Part shown: positions 6,740-14,392 of the stretch, one piece after another
How positions within the stretch are numbered: position 1 is the stretch's first letter
Layout of the letters: each line of letters begins with the position of its first letter
Assembly: GCA_046758705.1 (NCBI GenBank)
Contig: JBHIAT010000087.1
Location: 1-14,615 of the forward strand
Source: Candidatus Bipolaricaulia bacterium
GTDB taxonomy: Bacteria; Bipolaricaulota; Bipolaricaulia; JBHIAT01
Direction: 5' to 3'
Length of the DNA: 14,615 nt
Notes under the pieces: model-generated
Seen by the model: the letters and a program-made list of their open reading frames with translations, nothing else
Database searches by the model: none
What the model was told of the DNA's origin: nothing
Made by a program: the position numbers and the translations under genes

Positions 6740-8050
6740 GTGGCAAAAGACCGGACGATCAGTCGAAGGAATTTCCTGAAGGGGGTGGCTGGCAGTTTGG
6801 TGGCTGGCAGTATCTTGTCGATGAGTGAGCTCGCTTTTGCGCAGCGGATCGTCATCAATGCGATGGTCCGCAACTACACGCTCGAGGGCCCCCAACCTTA
6901 CCTGTCTGCGGTCGAGAAGTTTAAGCAGATGCACCCCAACGTGAACGTCGAGTTGGACGGTTTGGGCTACTCGGATCAACGTCTGCAGACGCTGATCCGG
7001 ACCGGTGCCGGCCGCGGCCCGGACATCACCCAGTTCGATACCATCTGGTTGGGCGAGTACGTCGAGGGTGGCATCGTAATTGACATCACCGACATGGTTG
7101 AGGACTGGGATGAGATCAACGACTGGCTCCCACCCTTTAGAAACTCTGCGAAATGGCCGCTGACCACCGGTCGGACCTACGGTGTTTGGCTCAACTCTGA
7201 CGTCAGAAATCTGGTATGGAACAAGAAGATGTTCGCAGAGGCTGGCCTGGATCCCGAAAGGCCGCCACAGACGTGGAGCGAGTTGATCGCCGTCGGCAAG
7301 CGGTTGTCCAAGCCGCCGAACGTCTGGGGATTTGTCTTCCCGGCGATCTCGACGGACGACACCGCCGATGCCTGGTATCCGTGGTTGTGGCAGGGCGGCG
7401 GTGAAATTCTCACGACCGACCTCAACCGGGCGGAGTTCAACTCCCGGGCTGGGATCGATGCACTGCAGCTTTGGGTTGATCACATCGAAGAAGGGATTAC
7501 CCCGCTCGACGTGTTGAGCGGGAGGGAGTGGGGCGACCTCAACAGTGCGTTCATCGCCGGGAAGTATGCGATGGCGGAGGTGGTCGGTACCGTGTTTAGC
7601 GGTGCGGTGTCGCAGGGCTTCGATCGTAAAAGCTATCTGGAGACATTTGGTATAGGTCCGCTGCCCTTGCCACCCGGCGGCAGCCAGGCGACCGGTGCAG
7701 GGGGCTGGCTGCTCGGAATCACCCGGGACTCCAAGAATCCGGAGCTGGCGTTTGAGTTCATCAAACTGGTGATGGAACCCGATAACCTGATCCCATTCTA
7801 CATCCGGCATGGGATGGTCCCGATCCGTCAAGCGATCGTCGATCGGGCCGGCGACTTTGCCGAAGAGTTCCCGTTCTGGGATGTGATCTCGAACCTGGCT
7901 CAATTCGCCAACTTCAGACCGCCCATTCCTGAGTACCTGCAGATCTCACAGCAACTCGTCACGAGCATCCAACGAGCGCTCACGGGCCAGGAAAGCGCTG
8001 AAGAGGCGCTTGACAGGGCCGCCGGGCGGGTCGACCGGATGAATTTGTAG
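6740..8050 (+). CDS. Sugar ABC transporter substrate-binding protein (CUT1 / SBP family 1) with twin-arginine signal peptide
   Basis: SRRNFLK Tat motif, h-region and AFA cleavage site. SBP motifs GPDITQFD, LVWNKKMFAEAGLDP, PPQTWSEL, AFIAGKYAM, GGWLLGI and NPELAFEFIK. SD GGGAGG at 6727-6732, GTG start. Confidence 0.92.
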   Translation: MAKDRTISRRNFLKGVAGSLVAGSILSMSELAFAQRIVINAMVRNYTLEGPQPYLSAVEKFKQMHPNVNVELDGLGYSDQRLQTLIRTGAGRGPDITQFDTIWLGEYVEGGIVIDITDMVEDWDEINDWLPPFRNSAKWPLTTGRTYGVWLNSDVRNLVWNKKMFAEAGLDPERPPQTWSELIAVGKRLSKPPNVWGFVFPAISTDDTADAWYPWLWQGGGEILTTDLNRAEFNSRAGIDALQLWVDHIEEGITPLDVLSGREWGDLNSAFIAGKYAMAEVVGTVFSGAVSQGFDRKSYLETFGIGPLPLPPGGSQATGAGGWLLGITRDSKNPELAFEFIKLVMEPDNLIPFYIRHGMVPIRQAIVDRAGDFAEEFPFWDVISNLAQFANFRPPIPEYLQISQQLVTSIQRALTGQESAEEALDRAAGRVDRMNL

Positions 8051-8096
8051 TCGATGTAGGTGTCGTTGACCTCAACGATCAACGCGAGGGTCGGAT

Positions 8097-8134
8097 GTCG
8101 GGGAGTGGAGGCGTGAAGACCCCCCCTCCCCGAC
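8097..8134 (+). terminator. GC-rich stem-loop between the SBP and permease genes (mRNA stabiliser or partial terminator)
   Basis: GTCGGGGAG (8097-8105) pairs with CTCCCCGAC (8126-8134) and the stem can be extended inward. It is followed only by a short ctttcctt tract. This position is typical for CUT1 operons. Confidence 0.6.
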
Positions 8135-8179
8135 GCCTTTCCTTATACAAAGAAGTTAAAGTCAAATGAGAGTTTAACC

Positions 8180-9055
8180 ATGCGATTCCGTCTCGGTCGA
8201 TTGGGTCCAGCATTTCTGTTCATTGCACCGGTCGTCATCCTGCTCCTCGCCTTCAGAATCTATCCGATGTTCTTCGCGATCTGGCTCAGCCTGAACGACG
8301 TTAAACTCTACAGCCTGGATAAGCTGAACTTTGTCGGTGTACAAAACTTTATTGATGTGTTCCAGCTCGAAGTCCCGGAGTTCTCACGCGTTGCCCTCAA
8401 TAGCTTTTTCTTCGTGATGGGGAGCGTGATTGGACAACTGGGGTTCGGGCTCGGTATCGCTCTGCTGTTACAGCAGCGATGGGTCCGCGGAGCCGGTCTG
8501 TTACGTGCCTTCTACCTCCTTCCTTGGGTCATCTCCGGCATCATCGTGGCCTTCTCCTGGACATTCATCTATGACCCTCGACTCGGCAGCCTGAACCTGT
8601 TTCTCACCCGGCTGGGTCTCGAACCCCAGTCCTGGCTCGCGGAACCCCACCTGGTCCTTCCTTCGTTGATCGTCATGAACATCTGGCGTGGGATGGGATT
8701 CAGCCTCATCATGCAAACGTCCGGCCTGCAGAGCATTCCTTTGGAACTCTACGAAGCTGGGATGATCGACGGATGCAACCGCTGGAAGAGCTTGCGCTAC
8801 ATCACGCTTCCGCTGTTGAAACCCTTCCTACTGCTGAATTTGATCGTGGCCAGTGCTCTTACTTTCAACACCTTCGACGTGATCTTCGCGATGACCAACG
8901 GCGGACCGCTGTTCCGCAGTGAGGTCATGCCGATATTTATGTATCACCAAGCCTTTGACTTCGCCAACGTCGGCCTCGGCTCGGCGGTCGCCGTCATCCT
9001 GTTGTCTATCAATGTGATATTGACGATCGTCTATTACAGAATATGGAGGCAATAA
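8180..9055 (+). CDS. Carbohydrate ABC transporter permease (MalF/UgpA type)
   Basis: Multiple hydrophobic segments, FVGVQNF, EAA loop LQSIPLELYEAGMIDGC, ITLPLLKP and MTNGGP. Confidence 0.94.
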   Translation: MRFRLGRLGPAFLFIAPVVILLLAFRIYPMFFAIWLSLNDVKLYSLDKLNFVGVQNFIDVFQLEVPEFSRVALNSFFFVMGSVIGQLGFGLGIALLLQQRWVRGAGLLRAFYLLPWVISGIIVAFSWTFIYDPRLGSLNLFLTRLGLEPQSWLAEPHLVLPSLIVMNIWRGMGFSLIMQTSGLQSIPLELYEAGMIDGCNRWKSLRYITLPLLKPFLLLNLIVASALTFNTFDVIFAMTNGGPLFRSEVMPIFMYHQAFDFANVGLGSAVAVILLSINVILTIVYYRIWRQ

Positions 9056-9904
9056 ATGGGTATGGAGAAATCTAAGCCGGGTTGGGTCATTTTAACCTAT
9101 GTTTTGCTCATATTATGGCTCATTTTTTCCATATTTCCCATCTATTGGCTCTCTGCTACCGCGTTCAAGGGCGCAGAGGAGGCGATACAGTACCCACCGT
9201 CCCTCTTCCCCCGCGTTTGGACGATCAGCAGCTTCCGTGAGCTGTTCTTCGAGACCAGCTTTGGCATTCGCCCGTTTCAAAACAGCGCGATTCTGGGCAT
9301 CGGTACCGCATTGGTATCCACCACGCTGGCGGCGATGGCCGGATACGGCTTCTCCCGATTCCCGTTCCGGGGGAGCCGAGGGCTCCTGATCAGCATCCTG
9401 TTGATCAATATGATCTCCGCCTATGCGGTCATCATCCCCCTATACCGAATCTTCATCCTCTATGGGCTGTTTAACACCTTCTACGGCCTGATCTTGGTCT
9501 ATTCCACCTTCACCGCACCGTTCGTGACCTGGTTGCTGAAAGGTTACTTCGACACCATCCCTAGAGAGCTGGAGGAAGCTGCCGAGCTCGATGGGTGCAA
9601 CAGGCTCCGCGTCCTGTGGCACATCATGCTTCCTCTGGCAGCGCCCGGCCTCGCCGCCGGGTTGATCTTCGGATTTATCGAGGGCTGGAACGAATTTCTT
9701 ATTGCGGTCACGCTGACCAGTGGCATGAACATCCGCCCTTATACCGCTGGTCTGTATGCGTTTATCGGAGAGTACGGTCTCGTCCAGTGGCACTTGGTCG
9801 GAGCCGCGACGTTTATCTCGGTCATTCCGGTTTTGATCCTGTTCGGTATCTTCCAGAAGTACTTCATCATCGGGCTCGCCCAGGGAGGCATGGTCGAACA
9901 ATGA
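9056..9904 (+). CDS. Carbohydrate ABC transporter permease (MalG/UgpE type)
   Basis: AGYGFSRFPFRG, EAA loop YFDTIPRELEEAAELDGC, WNEFL and FQKYFI. The ATG immediately follows the upstream TAA; SD GGAGG at 9045-9049. Confidence 0.94.
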   Translation: MGMEKSKPGWVILTYVLLILWLIFSIFPIYWLSATAFKGAEEAIQYPPSLFPRVWTISSFRELFFETSFGIRPFQNSAILGIGTALVSTTLAAMAGYGFSRFPFRGSRGLLISILLINMISAYAVIIPLYRIFILYGLFNTFYGLILVYSTFTAPFVTWLLKGYFDTIPRELEEAAELDGCNRLRVLWHIMLPLAAPGLAAGLIFGFIEGWNEFLIAVTLTSGMNIRPYTAGLYAFIGEYGLVQWHLVGAATFISVIPVLILFGIFQKYFIIGLAQGGMVEQ

Positions 9905-9956
9905 TCATGAGGCCGAAGACGGATCCGTCGGAGGGAGATCTGAACCTCTCAGCCTC

Positions 9957-10973
9957 TCAGCTCAAAGAAACGCGTGGGAGGTTGATCTTCAGCGCTAGGA
10001 AGTGATGATCGCTGATTCGTCGGTTGGGATCGTCGTCGGCGGTCGCTGGGATCACGACCGGAGAGCCGGGCATGACCTCGACGTTGCGAACGAAGACCCA
10101 GTCGATCTTCTGCGGATCAAAGCTGGTCGGAGCCCGCATCTGATTGGCCTCTTCGTATCGGAACCCCTGCTCCACGAAGGATTCGAACAACAGCTCCCTG
10201 GCAATTGGGTGGAGCGGATCGAAATTTTGCCTCTCCTGAACCTTACGAATCTTATCCGCCTTAGAATCTGTGGGCATTTCGGTATAGCCCATCGAGTTGA
10301 AATCACCACCGACAAGGGCCGGACCTTCGATCGCCTCCAGCATCCGCTCCGTCTGGAATTGGCGCCCTTCGGGTGAGGTGAAGTTTTCCAGATGGACGGA
10401 GACAACCGTCAACGATGTTCCACTGAGGCGGGCAGCGACCGCGATCCGGGATCCGATGCGCTTCTCTATGTCGTAAAACCAATCGTAGAGCTGGGGTAGA
10501 CGGATGATGCGAATCTCTTCGAGCGGGAACCGGGAGAAGACGACGTTGCCATGGAGGCCGATCGCGTTCTCTCCTGGCAACTGTTGCTCCTCTTTGTCAC
10601 CCAGTGACAGCTCGACAAACTCGACCCCGAACGTATAGTTCAACCCCAGGGCGTCGCCGAGTTCTCGGGGGGTGTGACGGTTTCCGGATCGGACCATCCC
10701 GATGTCCAGCTCTGAAGCAAGTAGCAGGTCCGGATCCCGAAGCTCAGGGGTTTCCCGGATCCGCTCGATGATCCCATCGAGATGGGTACCGCGCATCGCA
10801 TTGAAGACCACCACGTTAAGCGGCTGTCCTGCAGCTGGTTGATCTCGATCCCGGGACTCGACGTATTCGTAATGGGTCAACACCTCGGCATCGATCTGCT
10901 CAGAATGGGTGGGAAAATCGGCCTGGCTGATCTCCTGAATCGGATTTGCATAGACATAAGCAGGAGTCTTCAT
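9957..10973 (-). CDS. Endonuclease/exonuclease/phosphatase (EEP) superfamily metal-dependent hydrolase
   Basis: Ordered EEP motifs VVVFN, DLLLASELD, GLHGNVVFSRFP, VSVHLE, VGGDFN, IDWVFVR and ISDH. ATG 10973 is preferred because the track start at 11012 lies within a predicted promoter. Confidence 0.88.
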   Translation of the reverse strand: MKTPAYVYANPIQEISQADFPTHSEQIDAEVLTHYEYVESRDRDQPAAGQPLNVVVFNAMRGTHLDGIIERIRETPELRDPDLLLASELDIGMVRSGNRHTPRELGDALGLNYTFGVEFVELSLGDKEEQQLPGENAIGLHGNVVFSRFPLEEIRIIRLPQLYDWFYDIEKRIGSRIAVAARLSGTSLTVVSVHLENFTSPEGRQFQTERMLEAIEGPALVGGDFNSMGYTEMPTDSKADKIRKVQERQNFDPLHPIARELLFESFVEQGFRYEEANQMRAPTSFDPQKIDWVFVRNVEVMPGSPVVIPATADDDPNRRISDHHFLALKINLPRVSLS

Positions 10974-10982
10974 AATAGTCCG

Positions 10983-11012
10983 ATTATAGTCGGTCTGAAG
11001 ATGCACAATCAA
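10983..11012 (-). promoter_or_regulatory. Putative promoter for the EEP gene
   Basis: On the minus strand: TTGATT (11012-11007), 18-nt spacer, TATAAT (10988-10983), 9 nt upstream of ATG 10973. Confidence 0.55.
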
Positions 11013-11169
11013 GAAGCTGTCAATCCGACGTCCGGAAAGCTCTCATCTCCCAAGCCCGTCGTCCATCAGAAAGCTGTCGGCTTTCCCCACTATCTCTGAC
11101 GCTCACACCTTGAGCTTGACGCCCGTCTCGTTTGAATTTCTGATTGTGCTTGACCGATTCACAAACACC

Positions 11170-11206
11170 TTGTACGGGAGCAGTCAGAGGGTGTATGGTG
11201 TATAGT
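11170..11206 (+). promoter_or_regulatory. Possible promoter for the STAND regulator
   Basis: TTGTAC (11170-11175), 18 nt, TATGGT (11194-11199); alternative -10 TATAGT at 11201-11206. SD GAGGAG at 11224-11229. Confidence 0.35.
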
Positions 11207-11237
11207 GAAGGCGCGTGTCTCATGAGGAGACTCACCG

Positions 11238-14200
11238 ATGGAGCGGACTAAAGGTCGCGAACTCAAAGTAAAACTCTTTGGGTCCTTTGAGGTCTGGCGC
11301 GATGATGAACCTGTTCCTCCCCAGACCTGGTCCCGACGCAAGACACAAACGCTGCTCAAAATCCTGCTTACCGAGCGCGGTCGTGTGTTCACCCAAGACC
11401 AACTCATCGATTGGCTGTTCCCCGACTCCAATCCGGATAAAGCCGCTCAGAACTTGTATAAACGGATCAGCGAATTGCGCCGCACCCTGGAACCGGACCT
11501 CAACCGGGGCGCCGACTCCCAGTTCGTCCTGCGCGTCGGGGGAGGCTACTGCTTCAGTGAGACTGCCTCCGGCTGGATCGATACCGAGGCATTTCACCAA
11601 CAGGTAGAGTCCGCGTGGGAGATGGAACAGGCAGGGCGTTGGTCGCAAGCCCTGGAGTACTACCAGCGGGCGGTTGAGCTGTATCGGGGCGAGTATCTGG
11701 CCGAGGATCTCTACGACGAGTGGTCCATCCCGCCCCGGGAGCGTTGGCGTGAGGAGTATCTGACCACCCTGGGGAGGCTGGCCGAGTGTCACGCGCGCCT
11801 GAGAAACTATTCCCGGGCGATCGAGTACTGCCAACGAATGATCGAGCTGGAGCCCTATCGCGAGGGGGCCTATCGTCAGAAGATGCGCTATCACTACTAC
11901 GCCGGCGAGCTGAGCGAAGCGTTAAACGTCTATGAAATGTGCGTCAAGGTGCTCAAAGACGAACTGGGTGTCGAGCCGGCACCGGAGACGCGTGAGCTCT
12001 ATCGGCAGATTCGCAAGAGAGAAATTCCTGAACCCCCCCGAGCCATTGCGAACAACCTGCCCATCCCATTGACTGGTTTCATCGGACGCGAGAAGGAACG
12101 GACCGCTGTGCAGAAACTCCTGTTGGACAGGGAGGTACGCCTGCTGACCCTCACGGGCGTGGGCGGCACGGGCAAGACTCGTCTGGGGCTTCAGGTGGCG
12201 ACCGATCTGATCGATCACTTCAAGGATGGTGTTTACTTTGCGGACTTGGCCCTCATCAGCGACCCCGGGCTGGTGGTCTCGACCATCGCCCAGACGCTGG
12301 GAGTCAAGGAAGCTGAAGCCGAAGGTCGACCGCTACTTGGCATCCTGAAGCAGTCCCTGCAAGACAAGCAGATGCTGCTGTTGCCTGACAACTTCGAGCA
12401 GGTCGTGGCCGCAGCACCCCAGGTGGCAGAGCTGTTAGCGGCCTGCCCCCGGCTGAAGCTGCTGGTGACCAGCCGGGAGGCGTTGCACGTGCGCGGCGAG
12501 CACGAGTTCCCGGTGCCGCCGCTGGCACTGCCCGAGCCCGACGGCAAGTGTCCACCGGCTATCGAACGCCTGACGCAGTATGAAGCGGTCTGTCTGTTCA
12601 TCGAACGTGCGGTTGCCGCGAAGCCCGACTTTGTGGTCACCCGCGAGAACGCCCCGGCGGTCGCTGAGATCTGCATCCGTCTGGATGGACTGCCATTGGC
12701 CATCGAACTCGCCGCCGCCCGGATCAAGCTGCTCTCGCCGCAGGCGATGCTGGCGCGACTCGGGAACCGGCTCAAGCTGTTGACGGGGGGAGCGCGGGAT
12801 CTGCCGGCCCGCCAGCAGACGCTGCGGGCCACGATCGACTGGAGCTACGATCTGCTGGATGCCGGAGACAGGACGTTGTTCAGGCGGCTATCGGTATTTG
12901 TCGGGGGCGGCACGCTGGAGGCAGCCGAGGTGGTGTGTAGCGGGGCAGGCGACCTGGAGCTAGAAGTGGACGTATTAGACGGGTTGGCCTCACTGGTGGA
13001 CAAGAACCTGCTGCGCCAGGAGGAACAGGCAGACGGAATGTCCTGGTTTCTGATGCTGGAGACGATTCGGGAGTATGGGTTGGAGCGGTTGGAGGCGAGT
13101 GGGGGGGTGGAGGCAATCCGGCGCACACACGCCGACTACTATCTTAGACTGGCTGAAGCGGTGGAGCCGAAGCTCACCAGTGCGGAGCAGGGGAAGTGGC
13201 TGGATCGGCTGGAGGTGGAGCACGACAACCTGCGAGCCGCGCTGGCGTGGTTGGAGCAGAGCGGGGAGGCGGAAGCGGAGTTGCGGTTGTGCGGGGCGTT
13301 GTGGGGGTTCTGGGACGTGCGCGGTTATGTGAGCGAGGGGCGCAGGCGGCTGGAAGGGGCGCTGAAACGGGGCAGCGGTGCGTCGGCGGCTGTGCGGGCG
13401 AAGGCGCTCAATAATGCGGGTGGGCTGGTATGGCATCAGGGCGACTTGGGGCGGGCGGCGGAGCTCTTCGAGGAGGCGCTGGCTCTAAGGCGGGAACTAG
13501 GAGACAAGCGGGGCATTGCGTTCTCGCTCAACAACCTGGGAGCCATAGCGCATCGACAGGGCGACTTGGGACGGGCAGCGGAACTCTACGAGGAGAGTCT
13601 GATCCTGGAGCGGGAACTGGGGGACAAGCAGGGCATCGCACGCACGCTCGGCAACCTGGGAGTCGTAGCGCGCCAACAGGGCGACTTGGGGCGGGCGGTG
13701 GAACTCTACGAGGAAAGCCTGACCCTGGATCAGGAACTGGGGAACAAGCAGGGCATCGCGATGTCGCTTTATGGCTTGGGGAATGTGGTGGCTAATCAGG
13801 GCAACTATGAGCGAGCGGCGGAACTCTACAAGGAGGGCCTGGCCCTGTTCCGGGAACTGGGCGATAAGCGGGGCATTGCGTCCTTGCTCCGAGAACTGGG
13901 GATTGTGGCGCGATATCAGGGCGACTACGGGCGGGCGACCGCGCTATTTGAGGAGAGCCTGACCCTGCACCGGGAACTGGGGGACAAGTGGGACGTTGCT
14001 CACTCGCTCTCCAACCTGGGGTATGTGGCACGCCATCAAGGCGACTATGAGCGAGCAGCGAAACTCCACAAGGAGAGCCTGATCCTGTTCCGGGAGCTGG
14101 GGGACAAGACGGGCATTGTCTGGGAACTGGAGAACTTGGCAGGGTTGACCTGTGCACCAGAGCAACCGGAGCGAGGGGCGCGGCTGTTTGGGGCGGCGGA

Positions 14201-14381
14201 GGCGCTGCGTGAAGCCCTCGGCGCTCCCTTGCTGCCTGATGAACGTGCTGATTATGACCGCAATGTGGCCGCTGTACGCGCCGGGCTGGACGAGGAAGCA
14301 TTTGAGACGGCGTGGGCCGAGGGACAAACGATGACACTGGAGCAAGCCATCGCCTACGCGTTAGGGAAAGACGCCAATTAG
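11238..14381 (+). CDS. AfsR/SARP-type STAND transcriptional regulator: winged-helix, BTAD, NB-ARC-like ATPase and TPR repeats
   Basis: VKLFGSFEV...LLKILL...LIDWLFP...LYKRISELRRTL (wHTH). AVELYRGEYL...ELEPYRE...ELGVEP (BTAD). NNLP..LTGFIGRE, Walker A GVGGTGKT, Walker B region LLLPDNFE, LVTSRE, GLPLAIELAA and FLMLETIREY, followed by 40-aa repeats. Confidence 0.94.
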   Translation: MERTKGRELKVKLFGSFEVWRDDEPVPPQTWSRRKTQTLLKILLTERGRVFTQDQLIDWLFPDSNPDKAAQNLYKRISELRRTLEPDLNRGADSQFVLRVGGGYCFSETASGWIDTEAFHQQVESAWEMEQAGRWSQALEYYQRAVELYRGEYLAEDLYDEWSIPPRERWREEYLTTLGRLAECHARLRNYSRAIEYCQRMIELEPYREGAYRQKMRYHYYAGELSEALNVYEMCVKVLKDELGVEPAPETRELYRQIRKREIPEPPRAIANNLPIPLTGFIGREKERTAVQKLLLDREVRLLTLTGVGGTGKTRLGLQVATDLIDHFKDGVYFADLALISDPGLVVSTIAQTLGVKEAEAEGRPLLGILKQSLQDKQMLLLPDNFEQVVAAAPQVAELLAACPRLKLLVTSREALHVRGEHEFPVPPLALPEPDGKCPPAIERLTQYEAVCLFIERAVAAKPDFVVTRENAPAVAEICIRLDGLPLAIELAAARIKLLSPQAMLARLGNRLKLLTGGARDLPARQQTLRATIDWSYDLLDAGDRTLFRRLSVFVGGGTLEAAEVVCSGAGDLELEVDVLDGLASLVDKNLLRQEEQADGMSWFLMLETIREYGLERLEASGGVEAIRRTHADYYLRLAEAVEPKLTSAEQGKWLDRLEVEHDNLRAALAWLEQSGEAEAELRLCGALWGFWDVRGYVSEGRRRLEGALKRGSGASAAVRAKALNNAGGLVWHQGDLGRAAELFEEALALRRELGDKRGIAFSLNNLGAIAHRQGDLGRAAELYEESLILERELGDKQGIARTLGNLGVVARQQGDLGRAVELYEESLTLDQELGNKQGIAMSLYGLGNVVANQGNYERAAELYKEGLALFRELGDKRGIASLLRELGIVARYQGDYGRATALFEESLTLHRELGDKWDVAHSLSNLGYVARHQGDYERAAKLHKESLILFRELGDKTGIVWELENLAGLTCAPEQPERGARLFGAAEALREALGAPLLPDERADYDRNVAAVRAGLDEEAFETAWAEGQTMTLEQAIAYALGKDAN

Positions 14382-14392
14382 CGGTCAGCCGT
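13183..14392 (+). repeat. Diverged direct repeat of 1..1210
   Basis: cggagcagg at 1 matches 13183, the stop ending at 1199 matches 14381, and cggtcagccgt 1200-1210 matches 14382-14392. The offset is a constant 13182. Confidence 0.92.
13395..14114 (+). repeat. Six tandem 120-nt (40-aa) TPR-like coding repeats, followed by a degenerate seventh
   Basis: Units start at 13395 and recur every 120 nt, with recurrent DNA blocks cagggcgac...gcgggcgg.ggaactct.cgaggag and cgggaactgggggacaag. Confidence 0.93.

Noticed and set aside
6710..7903. 397-aa minus-strand ORF
   Set aside because: It is an antisense shadow of the SBP gene, as is common in GC-rich coding DNA, and has no motifs.
11232..11894. 220-aa minus-strand ORF and the other short overlapping ORFs in the track
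   Set aside because: They fully overlap well-supported genes and lack independent features.
13395..14114. CRISPR-like periodicity
   Set aside because: The 120-nt period is in-frame protein repeat; there are no identical repeats with unique spacers and no cas genes.
1..14381. Diversity-generating retroelement (TR/VR pair) explaining the two diverged copies
   Set aside because: Differences involve all four bases and whole codons, both copies are open coding frames, and no reverse transcriptase is present in the window.
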